In this document: in pieces, positions 1 through 9,933 of the stretch | Layout of the letters: each line of letters begins with the position of its first letter | Position numbering within the stretch: position 1 is the first letter of the stretch | Assembly: GCA_045589295.1 (NCBI GenBank) | Contig: JAZNOU010000014.1 | Location: 1 to 59,133 of the forward strand | Direction of reading: 5' to 3' | Length of the DNA: 59,133 nucleotides | From: Clostridia bacterium | Lineage (GTDB): Bacteria; Bacillota; Clostridia; RGIG6154 | Notes under the pieces: model-generated | Databases searched by the model: none | What the model was told of the DNA's origin: nothing | The model's input: only the letters and a program-made list of their open reading frames with translations | Program-made: the position numbers and the translations under genes

Positions 1-1
1 A

Positions 2-1225
2 AAGGTTGCTGTTGTTGCATCTGCGCTTGAAGGTATGGTTTCCGGATCTTCTGTTGCAAATACAGTCGGTTCCGGTGCCGTTACTATTCCTCTTATGAAA
101 AAGACGGGCTATAAGCCTGAATTTGCTGCAGCCGCAGAAGCTTCTGCTTCCACAGGCGGTCAGATAATGCCTCCCATCATGGGTGCAGCCGCTTTCCTTA
201 TGGCTGAAACTGTCGGTGTTCCCTATTCGAACATCGTTGTTCGTGCAATATTGCCTGCTCTTTTGTACTTTGCAGGTGTTTTCATCACTGTTCACCTTGA
301 GGCTAAAAAAGAAGGTCTTCGCGGTCTTACAAAAGAAGAATTGCCGAAATTTTTGCCTCTTCTTAAAAAGTCATATTTATTGATTCCGCTGATTCTGCTT
401 GTTTATCTTGTAAGCATTACACAGCGTTCTATCCAGTATGCTGCGGCTATTGCTATCGTAGCGGCTATTGCGGTAAGTGCTTTTAATAAAGAAAACAGAA
501 TCACTCATAAACGTATTTGGGAGGCACTCGCGGCGGGCGGACAAGGGACAATTGCGGTTGCAGCGGCATGCGGTGTGGCAGGAATGATTGCGGGTACTAT
601 CACAATGACAGGTCTTGCCAATATGATGATTAACGGAATTGTTGCTTTGGCAGGAAATCACGTAATTATTGCACTGTTCCTTACAATGCTTTGCTGTATT
701 GTTTTAGGTATGGGCGTTCCTACTACTGCGAATTATTGTATTATGGCAGCAACCTGTGCTCCGATTTTGGTGCGTATGGGAGTTCCTGCTATTGCAGCAC
801 ACTTTTTTGTTTTCTATTTCGGTATTGTAGCAGACCTCACTCCGCCGGTTGCGTTAGCATCTTATGCGGGTGCGGCAATCGCTCAGGCAAACCCAATGAA
901 GACAGCAATTACAGCAACTAAGCTTGCAATTGGTGCGTTTATTGTTCCGTACGTGTTTGCTTTAAATCCGGCACTTCTTTTTATAAATACTACAGCTTTT
1001 GATGTTGTGTTAATTGTTATAACTTCGCTTATTGGTATTTTTGCGGTGTCAGCATCCTTGGAGGGTTACCTTATACGCAATATGAAATGGTATCAGAGAG
1101 TAATATCACTTGCGGGTGGTTTGCTTCTTATTTATCCAGGCTTAGTAACTGATACAGTTGGTGTTCTTTTGGTGGCAGTTGTTCTGATGCTTCAGTTATT
1201 AACTAAGAAGAAGGAAATTCAATAA
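2..1225 (+). CDS. TRAP transporter fused (4TM/12TM, DctM-like) permease, 5'-truncated by the window edge
   Basis: Frame is open from base 2; motifs EASASTGGQIMPPIMGAAAF, LGMGVPTTANY, HFFVFYFGIVADLTPPVALA. Confidence 0.9.
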   Translation, partial: KVAVVASALEGMVSGSSVANTVGSGAVTIPLMKKTGYKPEFAAAAEASASTGGQIMPPIMGAAAFLMAETVGVPYSNIVVRAILPALLYFAGVFITVHLEAKKEGLRGLTKEELPKFLPLLKKSYLLIPLILLVYLVSITQRSIQYAAAIAIVAAIAVSAFNKENRITHKRIWEALAAGGQGTIAVAAACGVAGMIAGTITMTGLANMMINGIVALAGNHVIIALFLTMLCCIVLGMGVPTTANYCIMAATCAPILVRMGVPAIAAHFFVFYFGIVADLTPPVALASYAGAAIAQANPMKTAITATKLAIGAFIVPYVFALNPALLFINTTAFDVVLIVITSLIGIFAVSASLEGYLIRNMKWYQRVISLAGGLLLIYPGLVTDTVGVLLVAVVLMLQLLTKKKEIQ

Positions 1226-1230
1226 AAAGA

Positions 1231-1262
1231 AAAAACAACTTCTGTAAAGAGGTTGTTTTTTT
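1231..1262 (+). terminator. Intrinsic terminator
   Basis: AAAAACAACTTC-tgtaaa-GAGGTTGTTTTT followed by a T tract. Confidence 0.7.
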
Positions 1263-1276
1263 GAAAGGGAATTCTT

Positions 1277-1804
1277 ATGAAAAATAATAAGGCAAACAAA
1301 ACAGTTTTAGCGGCATTTTTCTTAGCGCTCGCCTACGTTATGCCGTTTTTGACAGGACAGATTCCTGAGGTAGGTGCTATGCTCTGTCCAATGCACATGC
1401 CGGTTATTCTGTGCGGATTTATATGTGGCTGGAAATGGGGGCTTTTAGTAGGTTTTATTGCACCGCTCTTCAGGTCGTTTACATTAGGTATGCCCACGTT
1501 TTTCCCCAAAGCACTTTGTATGGCATTTGAACTTGCCACATACGGAATGATTGCAGGGGCTATGTATAATAAACTAGCAAACAGAAAGTTAAATATTTAT
1601 TCTTCACTTTTAACCTCAATGGTGATGGGCAGAATTGTTTGGGGCAGTGCAATGTATTTGTGCATAGGAATTGGTGGAAAGTTTACTTTTTCGGCATTTA
1701 TTGCAGGAGCGGTGACAAATGCAATCCCCGGGATTATAGCTCAGATTGTTATCATTCCGATTATTGTTATGGTAGCTGAAAAAATAAAACTGATAAAGGA
1801 ATAA
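1277..1804 (+). CDS. ECF transporter S component, substrate unknown
   Basis: 175-aa hydrophobic protein with LCPMHMPV...GLLVGFIAP...ELATYG motifs. Confidence 0.8.
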   Translation: MKNNKANKTVLAAFFLALAYVMPFLTGQIPEVGAMLCPMHMPVILCGFICGWKWGLLVGFIAPLFRSFTLGMPTFFPKALCMAFELATYGMIAGAMYNKLANRKLNIYSSLLTSMVMGRIVWGSAMYLCIGIGGKFTFSAFIAGAVTNAIPGIIAQIVIIPIIVMVAEKIKLIKE

Positions 1805-1822
1805 GTGTGAATTTTTGCATTT

Positions 1823-1851
1823 AAAAAGCGAGTGCTTTGCACTCGCTTTTT
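1823..1851. terminator. Bidirectional intrinsic terminator
   Basis: AAAAAGCGAGTGC-ttt-GCACTCGCTTTTT between convergent genes. Confidence 0.85.
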
Positions 1852-3286
1852 AAATTTCTTTAATTGGAAAATCAACAAAAAATGTTGTACCTGTTTCAGT
1901 CGAACTCGTAACACCAAACTTAAATCCGTGTGCCGTTAAAATTTCTTTAACGATAGAAAGTCCAAGACCAGTGCCTGTCACACGTCGTTTACCTGATTTG
2001 TCAATACGATAGTAGCGGTCCCAGATGTGATTGATATTTTCCTTATCGATAACTTCTCCGAAATTTGTAACAGACAAATGTGCCGTATCATTTTTTTTAA
2101 GAGAAATTGTAATGGGACCGGACAAATCACTGTGATTGATAGCGTTATCCGTTAAGTTACAAACAACCTGCTCAATTCTTCTTGCGTCACCAGACACATA
2201 AATGTCAGGTGAAATTTGTGCGTGAATTTCATAGCCTTTATCACCGAAAATATCATATTTTGAAATGATATTTTGCACCAACTCTGAAAGATTAAAAATT
2301 TGCTTTTCAAATTCAATTTTGCCGGTCTGCAATTGAGAGAGGTCTAAAACATTTCCTATAAGTTCTGACAAACGGTCAGATTCATCAATTATAATATCAA
2401 GCTGTTTTTCTCGTTTTTCTTTGTTTTCGCCTGTTAAATCCTTGATGGTTTCTGCATAACCCCTTATCATAGTAAGAGGGGTTTTAAGTTCGTGGGAAAC
2501 ATTTGCCAAAAGGTCTTTTCTAATGTTGTCAACCCTTGCAATTTCTTTAGTCATATGGTTAAAATCATCTGTTAGAAGGCTCATTTCATCTTTTCGTCCT
2601 GATGAGGGAATAATTACGCTGTAATTTCCCTTTGCAACCTGCTTTGCAGCATTTGAAATTCTTGTTATGGGTTTTGTTACAAATTCTGCAAAAACAAAGG
2701 AAAGAATAAGCGACATAATTAAAAGCACAGCTAAAATTATCATATAAAATCTGTTGAAAATCAGTCTTGTGTCGTGAAGCGGAAGAAGTGAGGCACGTGA
2801 TGCAATGTAGTAGGTGTTTCCGCCGTTTTTAAATGTGTTTATTAAAACAATGGTTGCAATGTCACCATTTTTAGGAGACTGCAGTTTTATAATGTGAGAT
2901 TTTTGACCATTGTCTTCCATACTTTGTATAACAGACGGCATTGCATAGGTTGTAATGACGTCATTTGACGATACACGCCTGCCGAACAAATCGTTTTGAT
3001 TTATATACATAAAAGGAGAGAGTATAAGTTTTTTGTCGCTGTCGTATATTTCTACAAAACTGTCGCCTCTTGTACTTAAATTCATTATTTCATCGTAGGC
3101 AGATGACATATTATCCGCTCTTTCTAGCATGGAAATATACTGGTTTTGTGTTTTTTTAACTTGTCCTTCTTTTGCAAACTCGTAAAAGTTTTGCAAAAAT
3201 ACTACAAGTAAAAGCCAGATAACGGTGATTAACACTGCAACCACCGCCATCATATTTATCCACATTTTAAATTTTATGGATTTCAA
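1850..3286 (-). CDS. HAMP-domain sensor histidine kinase
   Basis: Two TM segments, HAMP, H-box SHELKTPLT, N-box NLTDNAINH, G2 GTGLGL. Confidence 0.95.
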   Translation of the reverse strand: MKSIKFKMWINMMAVVAVLITVIWLLLVVFLQNFYEFAKEGQVKKTQNQYISMLERADNMSSAYDEIMNLSTRGDSFVEIYDSDKKLILSPFMYINQNDLFGRRVSSNDVITTYAMPSVIQSMEDNGQKSHIIKLQSPKNGDIATIVLINTFKNGGNTYYIASRASLLPLHDTRLIFNRFYMIILAVLLIMSLILSFVFAEFVTKPITRISNAAKQVAKGNYSVIIPSSGRKDEMSLLTDDFNHMTKEIARVDNIRKDLLANVSHELKTPLTMIRGYAETIKDLTGENKEKREKQLDIIIDESDRLSELIGNVLDLSQLQTGKIEFEKQIFNLSELVQNIISKYDIFGDKGYEIHAQISPDIYVSGDARRIEQVVCNLTDNAINHSDLSGPITISLKKNDTAHLSVTNFGEVIDKENINHIWDRYYRIDKSGKRRVTGTGLGLSIVKEILTAHGFKFGVTSSTETGTTFFVDFPIKEI

Positions 3287-3287
3287 A

Positions 3288-3956
3288 TCAATCTACCTCC
3301 AGCTTGTAACCGATTCCCCAAACGGTCTTAATATAGTCGCGATATGGGGAAATGCTGTTACGAAGCATTTTAATGTGTGTATCGACAGTTCTGTCATCGC
3401 CGAAAAATTCGTATCCCCAGATTTTTTCAAGGATTTTTTCTCTTGACAAAACTACATTTTGATTTTTTGCCATATAAAGCAAAATATCATATTCTTTTGG
3501 GGTAAGCTCAATAACAGAGCCGTCTACCTTTACTTTTCGTCCTGTTTCGTCAATTTCAATTCCCGGAAGTAAAATAATTTCAGAAGAAGATGTGTTTGAA
3601 ACCCTTTTTAAGAGTGCTTTTATTCTTGCAACAACTTCTTTTGGTGAAAACGGCTTTGTGATGTAGTCATCTACACCAAGCTCAAAGCCAAAAAGTTTGT
3701 CATATTCTTCCCCTCTTGCACTCAGCATAATAACGGGTACGGAAGAAAACTTCCTTATTTCGCGAAGAGCGGTAAATCCGTCAATTTTTGGCATCATAAT
3801 GTCTAAAATAACAAGGTCAAAGCTGAAATTTTTTACCATATCAATAGCCTGTGCGCCGTCACCGGCCTCTTGGTATGAAAACTGCTCGAAGTCAAAATAT
3901 TCTTTTAAAATATCGCGGATGCGTTCTTCATCATCAACTATTAAAATGTTAGCCAT
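3288..3956 (-). CDS. OmpR/PhoB-family response regulator
   Basis: ILIVDDE, LDIMMP, KPF and winged-helix RTVDTHIK...VWGIGYK. Confidence 0.95.
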   Translation of the reverse strand: MANILIVDDEERIRDILKEYFDFEQFSYQEAGDGAQAIDMVKNFSFDLVILDIMMPKIDGFTALREIRKFSSVPVIMLSARGEEYDKLFGFELGVDDYITKPFSPKEVVARIKALLKRVSNTSSSEIILLPGIEIDETGRKVKVDGSVIELTPKEYDILLYMAKNQNVVLSREKILEKIWGYEFFGDDRTVDTHIKMLRNSISPYRDYIKTVWGIGYKLEVD

Positions 3957-3975
3957 CGCTCTGCCTCCTTTAAGT

Positions 3976-6201
3976 TTATCTTGTTATTACCAAAACTCTT
4001 ACTCTTCCGCCGTTTGCTTCTGTTTTGTCAAAATATCCTTGAACACTTTTTGGAGTCGGACCTGATAGAAAGTCTGCGTAGGTGATATTTTGCCATTGAC
4101 CAACTTCCACACGTTCGTATACTGCAATTTTGTCGTATACCTTATATGAAGTATTTCCGAAAGTGAGTGTGGTGTCAGAAGCAGATTTGAAGTTTTCGGG
4201 GACTTCTGAAAGCCTTTGTACCGAGCTTACTGAGCCACCTGCAACAAGAGCCTTTACAGCGTTTCCTTTAGAAACTGAGTAAGATGTATTTCCTCCTGCA
4301 GAAGCGGTTGTTCCTGAAAAATTAAATGAGTAAGAGCCTCTGTTTATATCTGTAACTATACCAAAAGTATAGCAATCACCTGTTGCATTATTTAGATAAA
4401 GCGAAGTAATTTCACCATTTTTGTTTTTGTCAAAATAAAGCACTTGTTTTGATGTAAGTGTTACACCGTCAAGACGTTGTTTGTAAACAGTGGTGTAGCT
4501 TGGTGATTTTGAAGCCTCTAGGTTTGCAATGTCCATAATTTTAACATCATCAGCAAGTTTTAAATTGCCAAATGTGTTAAGATAAGCATCAAACTTTCCT
4601 GAATATGTATTGTTTGATGTTGAAATTTTATTTATTTTTGCACCGTCTTCGTTAAAAGATACGTTAACAAGGGAGCAAACATAGTTTTCATAGTTTTTCT
4701 CAGTCTTATACTCAACTGTGTTGCCGTCTGCAAAAGCAACTGTTGCGTAGTAAGAGGAATAACTTCCGTTGGTGTTTTCGTATTGCTTTGTACCGGTTTT
4801 TGTAAGGTAACCTACCAGACTGTCCTGTTCGTCTGCGTGATATGCATCTGCAATAGCGCCTGTTCTTCCAAGATAGATAGTAACTGTGTCACCTAAAGCG
4901 AATTTACCGCCTGTAACAAATTTCTCGTAAGATAATGAACTTTCTAAATTGTAGCTCTTTCCTGAAATAACAACACTTTCTATTGTGTCCTGATTAGGAG
5001 ATGCACTTTCAAAAACACCTGTTACTTTGTTGCTGTAAACCCATGCTACATTCATAGCTTTTGAATAGTACAAAATGTCTTTTGTGTAAATGTCGCTCTT
5101 TGTAACAGATTTTCCATTTTTGTAAATAACGGTTTGGTCATTTATTCCGTAGGTTTCAAGTGAAGATAAAACGGTAATTGGACCGGTCATAGCCTGACTT
5201 CCGATTAAAATGTACTCGGTATCACCAAAAACGTTTTCATAAACACTTACACTGTCGCCGACTGAAGCTTTTGCTTTAGCACCGCTTAAATTGGTCTTTT
5301 CGGTTTTATAGTAAACAGTGGTGTTTTGCCCTACATTTAAAGATGTGGTTGAATTTCCGCTGTATACCAAAATATCATCATTTAAGACTGTGCTTAAAGT
5401 ATACACACCGCCTCTTACGTTAGATGGCAGGAATGACACTGCAGTTCCAGAATTATTAAGAATAAGCTCGCCTTTGTATCCGCAAAGCGATTTGTTGAAG
5501 CTTGAAGAAATTTTGTATGTTCCGTTGCTTGTTACAATTTTATTTGCGGAAATTGTGGAATCTTCGTTTGAGGTTGCAACTAAAATTACGTCATCTGAAT
5601 ATGAATATCCAAAAGAGCTTAAAAGCGTTTGATTTTTATTATTTACATTAGTAGTAAGCGCGTTATATAAAAGCTGAACAACATCGCCTCTTGTGATAGT
5701 TTGACCCAAGGATGCATTTACGCCGTCCAAAAGCTCAAGCCTTGATGCAGCATTCATCTGTCCGTCAGGCCACGAAAGGTCAAAATAGTCATCTCCGTAG
5801 CCTAAAAGTTTTAAAACAATTGTAACGCCTTCTTCTAAAGTTACATTATTTTCGGGACGGAAGGTTGAATCAGGATAACCTTTTATGTAGCCGTTGTTTA
5901 CTGCAGCCCTTATGTATGATGCACCCCAATAGGTGAAAGGCACATCGTGAAAAGGTGATGTGTAGGCAACTTTGGCAACAGAATTTCTTACTTCGGACGC
6001 CAAAACTGCCATCTTTGCAAATTCTGCGCGGGTAACTAAGTCACTTAAATTGAAATTACCATTTTCGTCACCCGACATAATTTCAAGGTCTTTCATAAGA
6101 CTTGTAAGCGGATTTGTATTTGTGTTTTCTTGCGCAAGCACCGAGCCTGATGCTGAAAGCATAAGCACAAGAGAAAGAATAAGTGCAATAAATTTTTTCA
6201 T
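3976..6201 (-). CDS. Secreted S-layer homology (SLH) domain protein
   Basis: Signal peptide; SLH motifs VTRAEFA, GYPDSTFRPENNVT, ITRGDV; beta-rich C-terminal region. Confidence 0.85.
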   Translation of the reverse strand: MKKFIALILSLVLMLSASGSVLAQENTNTNPLTSLMKDLEIMSGDENGNFNLSDLVTRAEFAKMAVLASEVRNSVAKVAYTSPFHDVPFTYWGASYIRAAVNNGYIKGYPDSTFRPENNVTLEEGVTIVLKLLGYGDDYFDLSWPDGQMNAASRLELLDGVNASLGQTITRGDVVQLLYNALTTNVNNKNQTLLSSFGYSYSDDVILVATSNEDSTISANKIVTSNGTYKISSSFNKSLCGYKGELILNNSGTAVSFLPSNVRGGVYTLSTVLNDDILVYSGNSTTSLNVGQNTTVYYKTEKTNLSGAKAKASVGDSVSVYENVFGDTEYILIGSQAMTGPITVLSSLETYGINDQTVIYKNGKSVTKSDIYTKDILYYSKAMNVAWVYSNKVTGVFESASPNQDTIESVVISGKSYNLESSLSYEKFVTGGKFALGDTVTIYLGRTGAIADAYHADEQDSLVGYLTKTGTKQYENTNGSYSSYYATVAFADGNTVEYKTEKNYENYVCSLVNVSFNEDGAKINKISTSNNTYSGKFDAYLNTFGNLKLADDVKIMDIANLEASKSPSYTTVYKQRLDGVTLTSKQVLYFDKNKNGEITSLYLNNATGDCYTFGIVTDINRGSYSFNFSGTTASAGGNTSYSVSKGNAVKALVAGGSVSSVQRLSEVPENFKSASDTTLTFGNTSYKVYDKIAVYERVEVGQWQNITYADFLSGPTPKSVQGYFDKTEANGGRVRVLVITR

Positions 6202-6219
6202 AAAGAAAATTCCTTTCTT

Positions 6220-7395
6220 TTAGTCGTGACGGAGAGCGTCAATAGGATTAAGTTTTGCTGCTTTTCCTGCGGGCATATAGCCGAAAATAATGCCAATTCC
6301 CACAGATACCGAAAAGGCTATCAGGACTGCACCAACTGATATAACTGCCGAAAAGCCTAATAGTTTGGACAGACCGATTGAAACTATAATCCCTAAGAAT
6401 ATCCCTATAACACCGCCGCAGGCACTAGTTGTTGCAGCCTCTACAACAAACTGGCTTAAAATGTCAAATTTTTTTGCGCCCAGCGATTTCCTTATACCGA
6501 TTTCACGTGTTCTTTCGGTAACAGATACAAGCATTATGTTCATAATGCCGATACCGCCTACAAGAAGCGAAATTGCGGCAATACCAACTAAAATAAGAGT
6601 AAGTTTGCCTGTGAGCTCGTCAAGCATATCAAGCATTTCGGTCATAGCAATGACGGTGTATGCGTCTGTGTTTGAAAAAATCTTGTAAAGTGCGTCTGAA
6701 ATATATTTCTTCGCTTCTTCCGAGCGCGTTTTGTCTGATACTGAAAACTGAAAAGATGTTACTCTGGCACTTCGGTTAAGTGTTCTTGAAAGAGTGTACG
6801 GAATGTAAATTTTATCGTCGTCTGTGCTTTGTGCACTTCCTGCTTTTTCTTCTAAAACGCCAATTATTTTAAAAGTGTTTCCGCCTATTTTGAGTGTTTT
6901 TCCAAGAGCGTTACCATCGAAATATTCCTTTGCAATATAAGAGCCTATAACACAGTTTTTTGAACGTTTGTTAATATCCATATATTGTAAAAATCTGCCG
7001 TTTTCAACAGTAAGCCCCTGAATTTTGTCAAAGTCTTCGCTGACACCTGTGATTGAGGTTGTACTGCTTGTTTCGGTTTTAAACTTTGCCTGTTGCATAA
7101 TGCTTACAGTTGGTGAGCAGTATGACAAAAGCTCAGGGTTTTCTGAAACTAAAGCCATCATATCCTCTGTGTCAACCGCACGATTTCCGCCTCTTGGAGA
7201 AATGTTTACCATAAGTTTGTTTGAACCAAGGCTTTCAAACTGACCGACAAGGTCAGATTTAAACCCGTCAATTACGGAAACTAGGATAATTACTGCCGCA
7301 ACACCTATAATAATGCCAAGCATGGTAAGGAAAGAGCGCATTTTACTTGTCTGAAGACTTTTTAATGCTAAGATAAAAGACTGCTTTAAGTTCAT
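6220..7395 (-). CDS. MacB/FtsX-family ABC permease
   Basis: RSFLTMLGIIIGVAAVI, GGIGIMNIMLVSVTERTREIGIRK, PIDALR. Confidence 0.95.
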   Translation of the reverse strand: MNLKQSFILALKSLQTSKMRSFLTMLGIIIGVAAVIILVSVIDGFKSDLVGQFESLGSNKLMVNISPRGGNRAVDTEDMMALVSENPELLSYCSPTVSIMQQAKFKTETSSTTSITGVSEDFDKIQGLTVENGRFLQYMDINKRSKNCVIGSYIAKEYFDGNALGKTLKIGGNTFKIIGVLEEKAGSAQSTDDDKIYIPYTLSRTLNRSARVTSFQFSVSDKTRSEEAKKYISDALYKIFSNTDAYTVIAMTEMLDMLDELTGKLTLILVGIAAISLLVGGIGIMNIMLVSVTERTREIGIRKSLGAKKFDILSQFVVEAATTSACGGVIGIFLGIIVSIGLSKLLGFSAVISVGAVLIAFSVSVGIGIIFGYMPAGKAAKLNPIDALRHD

Positions 7396-8075
7396 AAATC
7401 GCCCTGCCTTTCATCTGAAATTATTTTGCCGTCTGAAATTCTGACAATTCTTTTTGCCTGTGATGCAATTTCGTTGTCGTGAGTAATCATAACAACAGTA
7501 GTGCCGTCTGAATTTAATTTTTTTAAAAAGTCAAGCACGTCTTTTCCTGTCTTTGAGTCAAGAGCACCTGTTGGCTCGTCAGCTAAAATTACTTTTGGGT
7601 TTCCGGCGAGTGCTCTTGCGATTGAAACTCTTTGCTGCTGACCGCCTGAAAGCTGTGACGGGAATTTTTTCGCCCTGTCTTCCAGACCTACACGGCTAAG
7701 CGCCAAAAGGGCAAGCTCTCTTCTTTTTTGTGGAGGATAGCCTCTGTAAACCAAAGGAAGTTCAACGTTTTCTAAAAGAGTGAGCTTTGGGATTAAATTG
7801 TACTGCTGAAAAATAAAACCCAGTGCCTGATTTCTTATAACCGCAAGCTCATCATCTTTCATTGTGCTTACATCTATTCCGTTTAAGTGATAGCTTCCGC
7901 TTGTGGGAACGTCTAAACAACCTATTATGTTCATACAGGTGGATTTACCAGAGCCTGACTGACCTACAATTGCAACAAATTCGCCCTCTTTGATATTAAG
8001 TGATATTCCGTCTAAAGCACGTATTTCACTGTCGCCGTCAGAGTAGATTTTGTAAATATCCTTTAAATCTATCAT
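7392..8075 (-). CDS. ABC transporter ATP-binding protein (MacB/LolD-like)
   Basis: Walker A GQSGSGKST, LSGGQQQR, ILADEPTGALD. Confidence 0.95.
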   Translation of the reverse strand: MIDLKDIYKIYSDGDSEIRALDGISLNIKEGEFVAIVGQSGSGKSTCMNIIGCLDVPTSGSYHLNGIDVSTMKDDELAVIRNQALGFIFQQYNLIPKLTLLENVELPLVYRGYPPQKRRELALLALSRVGLEDRAKKFPSQLSGGQQQRVSIARALAGNPKVILADEPTGALDSKTGKDVLDFLKKLNSDGTTVVMITHDNEIASQAKRIVRISDGKIISDERQGDL

Positions 8076-9841
8076 CTTCCTGCACCGCCCATAGCACCGC
8101 TTCTGTTTGGTGTACCGCCACCCATACCTGAAGGAGCACCGCTCATACCACCCATTCCTGACGGATGGCCGCCCATGCCGCTCATCATCATATCGGTAAG
8201 AGATTTGGTGGTATCGGCTTGCTGGATTAATATTATATCGCCCTCTTCAAGACCTGACTTTATCTCTGCATAGTCAGAGTTGCTTATACCTACTTCAACA
8301 CGTTTTAAAACGTAGCCATCAGGCAGTTCCATTCCAAAAGCACGGCCCATTTTTGACTTGTCAAATCCTTTTTCATTTGAATTGCTGTTGGTATTCTGAG
8401 GTGTTTTGGGTGTTTCTTCAGGTTTTTCGTCAGATTTAACAGCCACCATATTTCCTCTCATAATTGCAGAAATTGGAACTGTTAAAACGTCCTTAACTTC
8501 TTCAACAGTAATTTCTGCATCGACATTCATACCGGGTATAAGACCTTCAGGTTCGTTTACTACAACTGTAACAGGGTAGGTTGTAACGCCATTTGAGGTT
8601 GTACCGATAATGCTTATTTTGTCAATATAGCCTGAGAAAAATTTGCCCTCTAAAGCATCTGCGGTAACAGAAACCACCTGACCTACTTTTAATTTTGCGA
8701 TATCAAGCTCATCGACAGAAATTTTAAAAAGCATTCTTGACATATCTGCAATTACAGCCATAACTGTTGACTTGTTACTGTTGTCAAGCTTGTCACCCGC
8801 TTTTGTTTCCTTACTTATCACAGTGCCTGAAATGGGGGCAGTTATTGTGTAATCTTCCATATTTTCGTAAAGATTGTCTAGGTTAAGCTGAGCATCTTTG
8901 TATGAAAGTTCGTTCCTTTTAGCAGAATTTACTGCACTTTTGCTTGTGATTTGTGCAATTTTTTGCCCGTTTGCAACCTGATCGCCAACACCAATTGCAA
9001 TCCACGAAATATCGCCTGAAACCTCTGCGGTGATTACTTCTTCCTGATTAACCTCGAAAGTTCCTGCCTCATTGCACGCATAAGATGATGTATAGGCAAT
9101 CGCTCTTTCGCCTGCTCTTAATGTTCCGGGGTTTTTAACCTCAATTTCAACAGTTTTAACGCTTACACCTGTTGAAGATATGATAGAGCCTGTTGAAATT
9201 TTTGAAATTCTTCCTGAAAGTTCATATGAAGACGAGTCAAGCCTTACTGTGATTGACTGACCGACAAAAAGATTATTTGCATCGTTTGAATTAAAAGGAA
9301 TTTTTAAAAGCATTGTTGAACTGTCAACAATATCTGCAATTTTTGTTCCTTTTGAAACGGTATCACCGCTTTTTATGTATACGTTTGTAATAACGCCACT
9401 GCAGGGAGCTTTGACATTTAGATTTGAAACATCTTCTAGTGCATCATCATAGCTCATTTTAGCAGTTTCTACTGAGTTTTTTGCTTTTTCTATTGAGTTT
9501 TCAACGTTTTGGGTGTCAATTTCATATAAAATGTCACCTTCTTGTACAACGTCGCCCTCTTCAAAATCAGCGCTTAAAACATCGCCTGTAACTAAAGCGG
9601 TAATATCGTACTGTTCATTTGCTTCAATAGTTCCGCTTCCTGAGATAACTACCTTAATGTTACCTTTTGAAACTGTGTATTCACTGAAAGTCTGTTGACT
9701 GCTTGCAGCTTTTTTCTTTCCTGAAATGCCTATTACGGCAAGAATTATTAAAATTAACAAAACAGCACCGATTATGATGCTCGCTTTCTTGTGCTTTTTA
9801 ATAAATTCGGGACATTTAAGTTTGGGTAAATTAATTTTCAA
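8072..9841 (-). CDS. MacA/HlyD-like membrane fusion (adaptor) protein, extended
   Basis: N-terminal TM, repeated lipoyl/hairpin segments, LIPGMNV, VEVGISNSDYAEIKSGLEEGD, Gly/Met-rich tail. Confidence 0.9.
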   Translation of the reverse strand: MKINLPKLKCPEFIKKHKKASIIIGAVLLILIILAVIGISGKKKAASSQQTFSEYTVSKGNIKVVISGSGTIEANEQYDITALVTGDVLSADFEEGDVVQEGDILYEIDTQNVENSIEKAKNSVETAKMSYDDALEDVSNLNVKAPCSGVITNVYIKSGDTVSKGTKIADIVDSSTMLLKIPFNSNDANNLFVGQSITVRLDSSSYELSGRISKISTGSIISSTGVSVKTVEIEVKNPGTLRAGERAIAYTSSYACNEAGTFEVNQEEVITAEVSGDISWIAIGVGDQVANGQKIAQITSKSAVNSAKRNELSYKDAQLNLDNLYENMEDYTITAPISGTVISKETKAGDKLDNSNKSTVMAVIADMSRMLFKISVDELDIAKLKVGQVVSVTADALEGKFFSGYIDKISIIGTTSNGVTTYPVTVVVNEPEGLIPGMNVDAEITVEEVKDVLTVPISAIMRGNMVAVKSDEKPEETPKTPQNTNSNSNEKGFDKSKMGRAFGMELPDGYVLKRVEVGISNSDYAEIKSGLEEGDIILIQQADTTKSLTDMMMSGMGGHPSGMGGMSGAPSGMGGGTPNRSGAMGGAGR

Positions 9842-9876
9842 AGCAATTCCTCCATTAAAACGATTTTGTCGGTGCC

Positions 9877-9919
9877 ATTATACTTTTTATGTGTGTATTT
9901 TTTGTGAATTTTGGTTGAA
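9877..9919 (-). promoter_or_regulatory. -10 box plus three 11-bp-phased OmpR-type direct repeats
   Basis: Minus strand TTCAAC-N5-TTCACA-N5-TACACA-N9-TATAAT upstream of the adaptor gene; no canonical -35. Confidence 0.6.
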
Positions 9920-9933
9920 ATTTCAACGTAAAC

